A stretch of 64,000 bases of DNA from Ophelia neglecta (lineage: Eukaryota), in assembly GCA_965285935.1 (NCBI GenBank), contig OZ260663.1, positions 75,392,001-75,456,000 on the forward strand, given 5' to 3'. The notes beneath the pieces are model-generated. The model was not told the DNA's origin. It ran no database searches and saw only the letters and a program-made list of their open reading frames with translations. A program made the position numbers and the translations under genes. Below are positions 52,735 to 64,000 of this stretch, in pieces; position 1 is the stretch's first letter, and every line of letters begins with the position of its first letter.

Positions 52735-53208
52735 TTACACCTTGCTGACCTCGTGAAGCAGTGGCATGGTCACCCCGGAAAACGTGTTCTCGTACTCGTC
52801 ATCCAGGAAGATGCTGGGTTTATAAACATGATTGTAATGTTCCTGGGCATTGTGTATGCACACACACTTATCTGTCTGCACCGACCGCTCTTCTCCGTCG
52901 TGGAGTATGTCGTAATGACGAAAACGTCGGTTATACTGGTAGTAGGCGAGAGCAAGCAGCACCAGAGCGGCGAGGGACGCGAGCACCAGACCCCCAGACA
53001 TGAAATACGTATGAGAATTTAACGCATAATGCGTGTCTTTTGGTCCTCGCTGTCTTACATCGTTACCGATAAACAGGGTGACCACAGTGGATGGTTTCCG
53101 CCTCATAGAACTTCCACTTCTGGTGGTCGTCGACAATCCTGTCAAAGGCGGTGCCTTCGCGACAGCTGATGCGTTCAGGGAGAATTCTAGGTCATTTGAA
53201 AATGACAT
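52735..53208 (-). CDS. Copy F: 157-aa paralogue
   Basis: Intact ORF with in-frame stops upstream of ATG 53208; acceptor attccag|g at 53332-53331; TM YFMSGGLVLASLAALVLLALAYY; same tail. Confidence 0.85.
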   Translation of the reverse strand: MSFSNDLEFSLNASAVAKAPPLTGLSTTTRSGSSMRRKPSTVVTLFIGNDVRQRGPKDTHYALNSHTYFMSGGLVLASLAALVLLALAYYQYNRRFRHYDILHDGEERSVQTDKCVCIHNAQEHYNHVYKPSIFLDDEYENTFSGVTMPLLHEVSKV

Positions 53209-53225
53209 TTCTCTTGATGGGTCAC

Positions 53226-53267
53226 TTAGCAGGACGGCGAATGAACTGAAAATTGTCTTCTTTCCAT
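53226..53267 (-). promoter_or_regulatory. uORF (MERRQFSVHSPSC*) 59 nt upstream of the copy F start
   Basis: ATG at 53267, TAA at 53228-53226, out of frame with the CDS. Confidence 0.6.
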
Positions 53268-55421
53268 AGTATGGGACACTGGCAACGAGATTCCCTTATT
53301 ACAATCGATTTTACCAGCCGTCAGCAGGCCCTGGAATAATTAAAAACTGCCAATGTGATTCCTTAATAAGACACATGATTCAAGCAAATGTAAACCAAAT
53401 GTCACAATTGTGACAACAAATATTGAATCACAACTGTGACAACAAAATTGAAATGAAATAAAATACACTTAGGCTAATGCAATCTATCGTATACACATCG
53501 GCGCCCAATGATGTCATCAACTGTACCACTACGATCACAATTAGTGTACTACGGATTAAAAAATACAAACTAAGATATCATGCGTACAAGGGCCATTATT
53601 TTATCAAAGAATGCTTTCTATATTTATGGATGAAGAAGATAAGTTACTTTTCAATAACCACCTGCTTTTTCATTGCTTTCGCTGTTGTCTTAGATTTATA
53701 TTCAGAGTTTTAGGTACAAAAAGGAAAACGCTAACCGTAAGATAACTCCAGACCCGACCATTTCGCCCCCCCCCCCCCCCAACTCCCCGACTGGGACGAA
53801 ATATAATATAGAAAAACAATTACTCTTTCGCAAACAAATTCTGGTCTTGGAATTAAGGCTAAGCTGTCTAGAACATCGTTTGGCACCGTACGTACATTAA
53901 TAGTGATTATGATATAACTTATTGCCTTATACAAGAATACAAATAGTAGTTTAAAACAATCAAGGGAAATTAGTAACAAGAACAACATGGGTTATGGGTT
54001 ACCGTTAATTATTACACCAATAATTTCACACTTATCGTTGTTTAATACATTTCATTGATCAAACCATGCTTAATGTACTACTTATTGACTATTAGAACCT
54101 AAATATTTAGGGGTTGCGTTCTTAAACGTTTCTACTTTTTATTAAGAAAAATCAGGGGGTCAATCATTTAGTTATATTGCGTTACATATGGCATATGCAG
54201 TGGAAAGTTTGACACAAAATAACCCTTGACGGGACAGGATGTATGAAGAAATATCGCCCGCTCTGGATGAAAATGCTATACCCAGATTTTGCACAATCTC
54301 CAGTGGTGCCCCATTGCCGTGGGTGTCAAAACAAGATGGGTCGAATAGGGCTGGAACAACCAAACTTTAGTTGTTCTAGAATAGGGACTCCTTCCAATAA
54401 AAATATAATTTAGATTGTGTTTATTAAAAGAAAATGGTTCACCATCCGAATAAAATGATTTTATATGCCCATTACCAAGATTTTGCATCGCAATCCACAC
54501 TGTCAAGATCCACAAATAAATCGTTAGTACTCGCATAATAAACAGAAGATAAAATACTACCCTGGCAGGCATTAAGACAGTTACACAAAGCAGTAACACA
54601 ATATACAAGGCGTCATTTAGGTGGTTACACAATTTGAAAACAAACCGTCATACCAAATTCTATCAAAGCATTTCTCGGCAACAAGAAGTGCCACAAATAA
54701 CAATTGCGTCTGAAAAAAACCTAATAGTGAAAACGAGATTCATATATAGTCAAGGCGACTGTTATACTTAGATAAGCTGGTGGAATCATCTGTAGTCCCT
54801 AAGAAATGGGAAATGGACGGCGCTTTCCCTCGTCTACTTAGAGGGATAAATAACTAGCAGCAGGCTAGAATCTAAACATGAACAGTGAAAAAGGAAGTCA
54901 GCCATTGAATATATATATTTTGAATCACCTTCAACCCGAAGGTACCCTTTTACAGGCCCTCAATGCCTGTGTTATACTTAGACAAATTTAACTGGTAGAG
55001 TTCAAACCCTGGATCAATAAGTGCTACACCAAGCTACGAGTCTTTGGTTATCACCAGACAAAGCATGTGATCTTAAAAAGCTAGATAGTTGAAAAAATGC
55101 CTTTTCGAGAGGAACTTTAGTACCGCGAAACAACTCATCCCTAGTGGATTGGTTCGCATCACACAGCCGAGATCAAAGCCTCCTTTCCCTCAACCGGCCA
55201 TTAAAAAGGCATAAGGACTATTAATTAAATACCTCATTAACTTAATGCTCCCCCCTTAATTTTTTTGTCGCCCCGCCATTGGCGGCTGCATGTCGCCTGT
55301 GAACCACGACCGGAAAAATAAACATGCTCAGCTTGCGCTCATTTTACAAGACACATGTCCCTAGCTTTATGACTAATGGAAGACTACTTGCACGGATTAT
55401 ATCTATACTAAAATTCCTCAC

Positions 55422-55830
55422 CTTTTGCTGGGTGTCATCTACATTGTTCCCTTTTGTCCAAGGCTCCCTCAAATGCTTTCTTAGGTGCTATGCGAATGAT
55501 TTCCTAAGGCAATATACTGGCAGTCATATTCCGTACACAGCGCAGGTTGCCCCAGTGTGTTTTTATGGCCGCTTATGGCATGTAATAATATGGTGTTTCC
55601 GGTGTAACGTTGTCTGGTGTAAAAGATATCCCAAGCACTGCTTAATGCTTACATTTACAAGCAGTTTCAATGCCTTTGTCCTGAAAAACGCCAGCTTGAG
55701 TACAAAGTCTTCGCCACCTTAGCTTTACCGCAGGAAACTGATATCCACTTCCGAATCGTTGGAATCCATGGTGGTGCAAATAGACAATTGTTAAAGCTGA
55801 GATAAGAAAGCGCTGGGGAGGAATTCAATC
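55422..55830 (-). other. Putative non-coding exon 1 of copy F; intron 53331-55421
   Basis: Donor AAG|GTGAG at 55421; tgatttcctaag.caat is shared with the exon 1 copies at 27.7 and 43.8 kb. Confidence 0.6.
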
Positions 55831-55839
55831 AAGCGCTCA

Positions 55840-56430
55840 CTCCGCAATCTACGCTATAGCCGTGAGTGATGAGAAGATGGGCTGTCAAGTCGGCCGCCCC
55901 AGCCAGCCTCCTCTAAACATGCTTCCCGGCAGGTTTCTAGAGCACACTAACAAAACACACAGGAAAGTGCGTTAAGAGGACCTGCCAAGGTGACCAACAA
56001 GATCGCAATAGCAACGCCAGAAAAAAGCCAATAAGAAAGCAATGTTTGCGGAATAACTTGGAACACAGCAGTTTGGAGACGATGGAATAAATTGCTAGCG
56101 ATAACTGTAACTGTTCAATAAAAGAACCATAACGTAGAACAATTTTCTGAGTCACTAATAGCCCAGCTGCCTGGTGCAGGACAATCTTATTTCGCCCAGA
56201 TTGAGAGCTATTGATTGGTCATAAAACAAAATCTAGTAGAGGCCAGTCGGCTATGCCTCCCTTCTAACCGATCACTTCAGAACACATTACATAGACCTGA
56301 CAGTATCAATGGGCTCACTAACGAGCCGTGGCTTTCGTAGGGCTCAATCTATATAAGGCAAGAATTGAAACTTTACAAAACGAAATGCTCCTCAGTTGAA
56401 CAGACGATTGTTTGGTGGTAAGTATTTTAT
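55840..56430 (-). promoter_or_regulatory. Type-A promoter of copy F
   Basis: Core 55871-55899 (28/29 identical to copies A and E) plus alignable upstream sequence with a CCAAT box. Confidence 0.7.
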
Positions 56431-57127
56431 CTATTCAAAATTAGAGTGATGGAGATAGTATATGTGTGGGAAAACCTGAAACTGTTTTGGTCCGTTGTAG
56501 AACAATTGATAAAATCTAATCGAAGTTTCCCTCGGAACAAACCAAAGACGGTAGGACTTATCGAACATTTATTTCTCATGCACCACTAGTTTCTTCCAAA
56601 GGCTGAAGACCTGAATATCTGTAAAGTCGGCTCAATGTGTTTGGTGCTGCGCTGTCGGAGCTTGGCTGCGCGAGAACAAAACGAGTATCCTGACTAACCT
56701 AGCCGAGAGCAGCGGGCCAAGAAAACGCACAGCGCACAAAGCGCCGAATACCGAGACCCGTAAAGAGTGGTAGCAAAATTGAAGTCCCAGAGGGACGTTT
56801 TTGCACAAATCAATGGCACATTGTGTCTGTCTCTTAGGAGCAACACATAGAAGTCGTTCTTTATTGGCATTACTTTGGCCACATAACAATCACTGGATCA
56901 TTGTGCAGGTTAGAAGAGAGATTTACCGGCTTACTGACTAGGCTTTTACGACTAGAAGGTCAACCTATATTGACCGAAGTCCATGTCGACCGAATGAGGG
57001 TCTCGGGATTAGCCGGAAAACGCTTTGGAGAATCAAATGTTCATTGATTATCTAAGTGAAATGAAGTGAAAATTATTTTGGCATAAAATTACGTGAAACT
57101 TCATTTACAGCAAACAATGCAAACACG

Positions 57128-57250
57128 TACAATAGATAAAGTACAATGGATAAAGTACAATAGTAGATAAAGTGCAATAGATAAAGTGCAATAGATAAAG
57201 TACAATAAAAGATAAAGTACAATAAATAAAATACAATAGATAAAGTATAA
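57128..57250. repeat. Minisatellite, 14-bp unit (tacaatagataaag) x about 8
   Basis: Direct inspection. Confidence 0.9.
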
Positions 57251-58810
57251 ACGTTAAGGAGAAGTAGTGGTTCCAAGAAACTAATTGTATCCCCCAGATC
57301 TAAAATTATTATGCATTTATTACATTTAATACATAAGAATTGACCACGGCCTGATGTTCAAATATTGCGTTAAAAAAATCACGGGGAGCATTTGAATCGC
57401 TTCTCTGACATTGTTTTCTTCTTCCCTGGTCATTCTCATATTGCATTTATTACCATTTCAAACCCAGCCATTTTCTAAGTATAAAAGTGAGCATAATCTG
57501 AAACATCACATTTGTCATTCATATAAATGGCAAATTTATTAAATGTATTAATATAGTTTGATTTATCTATTTCGGATGGCTGGTCAAACAATTTTATTTA
57601 TTCAGGTAATTGAAGTATATGATTTTGGTGCTGCCGGATCATATTGCTTGTGTGGAAAAAGTGAAATTTTCCTCTTTCCTCTTTGGTTTTATTTTTATCA
57701 TCTAACAGAATTTCTCGACATTGGTCTATTGATTGTTCAGAGCCATTAGTGGTTTTCACACTAGATTTATTGGTTATAGTATGGCTGAGGAGAAAGCATC
57801 TGAGCGAAGAAAACAATGCTAAAAAGGGCTGTACTACTGACAGAAAAAGAATATCGTAGTAATTGGACACACACAAAAGCAGGACTGTATCCAGGACACA
57901 GCACAGTGTTGATTAAAGATTAATGCTTCATTCCCATCGATATCTCAGAAGGTTGAATGTTTATACCTTCGTCATCAACGTTTGTCATGAGCTGCTACAG
58001 CTGATACTCTAGGAACGGAAGCTTGCCTGGCCCTGTATATATATATATCATTTTCCACCGGGCCGGTCGATTAACCATAAATCGTTTGGCATTAAAAGTA
58101 ATTCCCAGCAATCAGGCATCCATAAGGCGATCAGACTTCCTGGGATACACGTCCTTAGTATAAAAAAGCCTACCAACTTGTTTTATGGAAAATCGAATTA
58201 ATATTCATAGCAGTCTGGATGCTGGTGTGGGCGGACTACGTGTCTTGAAGGTGGACGGGGCTTTTAAACAACAAGATCCTGGAAAAGGGAGTAAAAATAT
58301 GTATACAGATATACGTCCGAGGAGTCTTAACCAGCATCAGTCGCTCATATATTTAACTGCATTGTTTAGAACAATTTGTACTATACTTATAATATAAAAA
58401 TCTATACATTTGCTTGCTGCTAGTTGGTAAAATATCAAAAAGATAAAGCCGATAAGACTTGTATGAAGAGTATGGTTCATTGTGTGTTAATGTGGTCATT
58501 CTTTAAATTAATATGTAATATTGATGCGAATATAAGGCAACCGCAAGCGGAATGATTTGTAGCAAAGCGGCATTTAAGAATCTTTTATGAATCTTTTATC
58601 ATAAATAAAATGAAAATTATAGCCACTGTGGTATGGTTGATCGTAACTCCTGTAATAGAGCTGTTTTCTATTTGATAAATGCATTTAGTGTGACGCTTTA
58701 TTTACAAACTTAAGGCTCTTTTCAGGATGCAGAAATAATATTAGGCTTGTGCAAGACGTGGAATGATTGTAAGCAAAAATCGTAAGATCAGCAATTACAG
58801 ATAAAAGAAT

Positions 58811-59330
58811 TCACACATAATAGACCCTCTTAAAGACAGTGATCAACGGGATATGTGCTTAAAACGCCTTTTCATGACAGCATATTGGCTGTTTTGGTGA
58901 CCTACTTCTCCGTGGGAAAGTTTCTTTCCCAGATCTGTGTTCTGCAATACTGACCATCCTCATCATGAAGACGTCTTCTCTGTTAAAAGTCGTCTGCTGT
59001 TATCTATTCTTCCCACCAGTCCGCTGGTGCTAAGTGTGCCCAGAAGCCTGGTGGAAATCAACCAGATGAACATCTTGGCATAAATTCGATTGTTTTTCTT
59101 CTGTGCCCCGCTCATCAAAGGAAATTGACGTCTGCTTCTGGGAATGCAACATGAAATAAGCCACTTTCAACTTAAGTTTCTGTTACTGTGGCTTCACTCG
59201 AGACATATTTGTCTTGCATGCTCTACCGTGATTATGCGTTTTTCGACTTGAGGTTATCCGACCCTAATAGGAAAGCCTGCTTGAAATCGGATCCCTGAAT
59301 TGATTGTCTGTCTTCTCCTTAAAGGTCGGG
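58811..59330 (-). pseudogene. Decayed, roughly full-length type-B family copy
   Basis: Aligns with 29760-30200. Residual NNRIYAKMFIWLISTRLLGTLSTSGLVGRIDNSRR and LHDEDGQ; ends gtg tga (V*) at 58811 in a context resembling the intact 3' ends. Confidence 0.55.
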
Positions 59331-60779
59331 CAATGCCAGCTATTTTGGGCTGACTTCCCCACTGTCAAACAGGACTGTCAGTTTACCATCTCTAAGGCTC
59401 TTAATCTTCTTAATACTTAATTTGAAAATTATAGATAGAAAGTGAAGCCGACATTGGATCCATTTTAAGAAGATTCTAACATCAAATTACCCCGTTATAA
59501 ATGTAACTTAATCAACGTTCAAATAACATACATTACCATGGCAATTTCAAAATACCACAGTTTGATAATGGGGATGGTCTTCACCGGCCTAAGATGCACC
59601 AATTTGCATCATGCAAGCTGCTTCGTGCTACCTTAAAGACAGAGGTTATGATATTGATATATTTCAATTCATATCAACTAACCTAAAGGCATCTCGTTGC
59701 TGGTGCTTGAGTTTTTCAGCATGTGTAGTTAAAATGCTTTGGACGGGTTTTAATGTCACTTTTAACTAGAGCTGTCAATCCAGTTTTCAAATCCCATTAA
59801 TATGAACCATAAGAGCAGATTTTGAGTGTCTGTGCTGTTTCGATGCTCTGGGTGGGTATAGGACAGATCACACATGTTTCTGACGTTAATAGTAGGCCTA
59901 CTTCGAATATATGCCGCCGTTCTAACGGCATCCAAACTCGTATTGGAGACATCAAAGGCTAAATGTCTTATCGTCTAACAAAATGCAAAAGTGAGTTTTC
60001 TTTCGTTTGTTAATTGAGCTAGTAGAAAAGAAATTGTTAGATAAAAGGTAGGATAAATCTATAAAACTGTGTGCAACTGCCTCTCATTCAAGCAACCCCA
60101 TATATACTCTCTGTAAGCCTGATGGAATCCTTTGGACTCCACAAGTCGTCAAGGCTTGTGTTATACATGGATACATTGGTATTATATTTATATGTGAATT
60201 TTGGAAAATGCTCGTTTTATATACAGTCGAGTTTATAACAGTAATTTAGACACCAGAACTATGTGTCTTTTGTTAAAATCAAACAGAAAAGCACAAGCAC
60301 TTAAAAATAATGGCCACAAGTCTCGAAATGTTCATCTTAGGAAAGTATATCTAAATAAAACCATCGATTGGGGATGCCAATTGAGTATTAAAGTTATTAG
60401 AATGATGGATACATTTCCTTAACATATTGCTTGAATAATTTGTCATTAAATGAAAATAAATAATCTATAAACCTACAGGAGTCACATATCGTACTCAGAA
60501 GTGGGTAGAAACCAGCAGGTTGCTCCCGTTAGAATACCAGTATTATGAAACCTCACTACCCATCGCCTGAAAAAAACGATATTGTCATTGAGGACATTAA
60601 GTAACTCGACAAATTGGGGCAGCATTGACATTCAGTGCGTGATCTCTACTTGTCCCTCAATAGTTTGTTGCCTTTGGCGAAATTACAACAATGGGATTTT
60701 CCTTGAACAATGTCAAGGGAATGATTATACGGCGGATGTTGCATGCTTCATTTCATCTTACACTCATGTACAGACATAA

Positions 60780-60920
60780 ATGTACAAAAGAAAAACATAT
60801 GTGATGAAGGATGACTTTGATCAAACATTATTGTACAGCATGAGCAGAGATAAGTGCTGCTCTATTTTTTCAATATTTCTGAAATGATTCCGTCTTACAC
60901 TGGCTCTGTCCTGTTCCTCA
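60780..60920 (-). other. Probable block B, copy 5 (degraded)
   Basis: tgtac..aaacat..gatg..aga..tgctg..ctgttcctc with spacing similar to 23354-23506. Confidence 0.4.
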
Positions 60921-61639
60921 GGGGAAATTTCATTTCCGAGATCTGCCTGTTTAGTATAATCTCTTCATATGTATCAGTGGACACAATTAGTTCTTGTGAG
61001 GTCTCCAAGGATGTATGTTTATCCGTTTGGATAAAAGTGCGTAAATCAAGCATACTTTCAAAAACTATAGTCTAGGCCATGAAAAGACTCAGGCGAAAGA
61101 GTCAGGCGTATATCTGGTAGACTTTCTTCTCCATTGGTTTAGTATTTAAATGTCTATACCTGTTTCGACGGGCGAGAACATTATAGATCACTTTAATTAT
61201 CCTAATGCATGCTTTTCTTCTGACATTGCAATATGCGGCGACGAATGTTCGAGGACACATTTGATAAAAAAAGAAAATAAAGGTATTCCTATTTGCCCAT
61301 AGACCTAGTGGCATTTTACCGATACCAATCAAAATTGATTTATATAATATGTTTTTATATGGGCACTATACACATTTCGTTTTTTTACGGAAATGAAATT
61401 GAATGATTGGTGTTGCTACTGTTGTCTTCCCAGATTATCTTCATTGTTATGTTCTAGTTACTATTATCTTAACAGCCTTGGGATGTAAAAGACTGCTGTG
61501 GCTTTGAGTGATCTATTCCGCTCATTCTAGGGCTAGGGGCATTTTCATTTTTACTTGGATGGGAAAGGTTAAATACAATCATTTTCAGTGCCTACAACGG
61601 GGCCCCTTTGGGATTTTTTTTAAAGCATTGGGAGGAGGT

Positions 61640-61960
61640 CCACCTTGTTCAAGATACGACGCCAGTAAGGTGAAAACCATTATTTACATTTTTTGTTTAT
61701 TTGTTGCTCCTCTGTAGGCGAGTAGGTAGAGTTTAGACAGATATGTTCTTGGAATAGCATATAATTTACCGGAGAAGTCAGCCATTTTGTGCATTAGGTT
61801 CACCACACATGTATATAGGCAGAGGACCTGTTATTTTTACAGCTATGACTACCACCTCGGGGATGTCTGCAGAACTGCTGTTCTTTTTTCGCTTCAGATT
61901 GGCTGTCGGCGGTGACCTCGGTACTAAACTTATACACTAGCTCTTGAGTGCGATTGTCGA
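61640..61960 (-). pseudogene. Possible heavily deleted type-A copy
   Basis: Short anchors in the right order: caccttg, gaaaac, gtaggcgag, ataggca, tggctgtcggcggtga (15/16 identical to about 35084-35099). Spacing requires deletions. Confidence 0.3.
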
Positions 61961-64000
61961 AAAGTCACTCCTTTTTTAGGCAAACAAAAAATCAATAGCA
62001 ATAAATGAAGCATTACATCTGTCGGAATTCATCTGAGTCAGTTAAGAGCAGGTCCACAAACATCAGTTCCCATGATCATCAATATATTTGTTTGTCAAAA
62101 AATCGTTGTCGCCCATATTTAAAGACAAGTAAGATTTTTGCCCATCTTCTGAAGAAGAAAAAGGAATTACGTGAAAATGGAAAAAGAAGAAAGTTCGTCC
62201 GGAAGTTATCTTAAAGCCCTCGCCCACCTCCCCCAGTTATCTAATGGTGCTCCCCTAAATAAGATATGTTCCTTTCCCAAAGGTTGATAATGTGCAAACC
62301 TCTACAATGACAGTCACAATTATATTATCCTCTTTGCAGTGTACTGTGCTTCAAATGCAGACACACGGTTCATAACTTGTCTAATATACGTGGTAAACCA
62401 TTCTGTACGATAAAAGGACTCTAAAACGTTAAAGAAAATGGACAACGACAAAATCAACGTCGGAGACTTGACTTAAATACTCGATATCAGCCAATTCATA
62501 CTACCAGTGCTGTCTATGGTATACCTATGCTCGGCCATTACGCTGTCGAATGAAGGGAGGCACACAATAGTTGGCTTTCCGTGCACGGGTCTACTCCCAT
62601 CCCGGCGATGCTACTTAAATATACGACATCATGTGCCTATCTTGGTTTTAACAATATCAAAATGAACTGATTCGTGAAGGGACTGTCGTGATTTTTTATT
62701 GCTAACCACACTTTTTTTTAAATTTTAAACAACGACCAATCTTTGGAGGTAACTTAAATTCAAAGACATCTGCTAAAAATAGATGTTAAACAATTGCAAG
62801 CTTAATTAGTAAATATTTCCTGTAAAGGAGAAAATTTGTCTAGTGTAAACTCGCACGTGCTACGCAATATTGTTGTTTCGAATCGCTTCACTATTTTATC
62901 AATTTGGCCCGTTTTCTCAAAGCAGTAAAGGTATGTAATGATAACATCTATTAATGTATTTCTTTGTTCCCATCCGTCTCATAACGATTCAACGCATCTG
63001 CCATTCCTCTACCCGGTGATAGTGTCTGCACTTTTCGTAGATCGAGCATATTTCATTTATAAGCCAATATATACATGAGATAACTTGCCCATTGTATACT
63101 ATTCCGAACAAACTCAGCTGCCGTGTCAGCGAATGTATCTCAAGACAATAAATCAACTGCCATTTTATTTTTCCTACTAATGCATTCCATGCTAGCAGGT
63201 TATAGATAAAACGGTTGTGCCAGTGAAATGAACAATGAACAAAGAGCTTTTTTACATCTTCTGCTGGTTGTGTGACATTTCTGAAATGCAAGATATATTG
63301 AAGCAATTAGCGGTTTAGATTTCTTAGTAGTTTCCCATTCCAATAGTTTCCGGCAATAATGAAAAACACATTATTCGGCCGGGGCAATTAATCGGTTGGA
63401 TGTGGAAACAAAATAAGGCCGTTTGTGTTGGAGCTATAAGCAGGTGAAAAACTATATAACATGTTCTGTAATCACGATTTGCCTTCTTTGAAAGTTCATC
63501 AATGACAAGTTGAGTTTCTTCGAACAATCTGTTTTAGTCTCAACATTATTAAAGAGTCTGTTCCATTATAGGCTCTCCTGGGGCCTACTCATCATAAGCC
63601 TGCCTTGGCTTCTGCCTCTTCTGTTTTATGGTCCTAAAAGAGGAAAAAAAGCAATGCATAAAAGCGCTCAATTTACATCCAAAGATATGTTCAAAACACA
63701 GATTTTAAAAGCAGAACACACAGATTTTTAATGCAGAACTAAACATGTAGCTGTACACATTTCTCTCCACTCAGTCAGCAATTACAAGCGTGCTTGAAGA
63801 ATTGGGGCATGGGTCTTGATTTAAAGGCACTGACTCGGAAGATCTCAGACTGCAGAAACCAGACTCGGCCTTGGAACCTTTAGAAGTGGTTCTGACTCTG
63901 ACCTAAGTGAACGTAAAGGTTTGTAAGTTTCAATAAGTTCTTCAATGAACAGTGGAGACAGGTCACGCACGGCCTTGAATATCAGAAGAGAAGTCTTGTA

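Noticed and set aside
52663-53022. Antisense ORFs repeated over all three genes (5708, 41244, 52663)
   Set aside because: These are shadows of the conserved sense CDS; their starts and stops are not shared.
53400-53452. Perfect 16-bp palindrome tgtcacaattgtgaca with a short duplication
   Set aside because: Intronic, not seen in the other copies, and explicable by chance plus local slippage.
62190-62258. MITE-like end (tctaatggtgctcccctaa; similar at about 24062-24077) and scattered poly-G tracts
   Set aside because: No matching opposite TIR or TSD could be found.
62989-63527. Two adjacent minus-strand ORFs as a possible gene
   Set aside because: No recognisable domain, non-ATG starts and no supporting homology in the window.

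Overview
AT-rich eukaryotic (probably invertebrate animal) genomic DNA; no prokaryotic features, CRISPR arrays or rRNA/tRNA genes were recognised. Almost the whole 64 kb appears to be an old tandem array, all on the minus strand, of a small gene family I do not recognise. Three copies are intact (CDS 5690-6154, 41271-41783, 52735-53208). Each has a predicted non-coding exon 1, a GT-AG intron and a single coding exon 2. The product is a 154-170 aa single-pass membrane protein with no signal peptide, a divergent Ser/Thr-rich N-terminal region with N-glycosylation sequons, and a nearly invariant Tyr-rich tail (DxEYENTF...EVSKV-COOH), an architecture resembling transmembrane signalling adaptors. 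By-eye alignment finds about 7-8 further decayed copies not labelled by the ORF track. Copies carry one of two upstream blocks (type A or type B) that mostly alternate, suggesting repeated duplication of a two-gene cassette followed by birth-and-death evolution. Other observations: an upstream ATG conserved 59 nt before the main start, which in one copy is in frame and appears to have become the start; a promoter core kept only by the intact copies; and a likely gene-conversion tract. Inserted elements: a young 5'-truncated Tx1/L1-clade LINE (17795-22887, perfect 16-bp TSD), an old CR1-like LINE, an old L1 fragment, a TTAA-flanked Kolobok-like MITE, a second TIR element with an internal hairpin, and several tandem repeats. 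All alignments were made by eye, so pseudogene boundaries are approximate.
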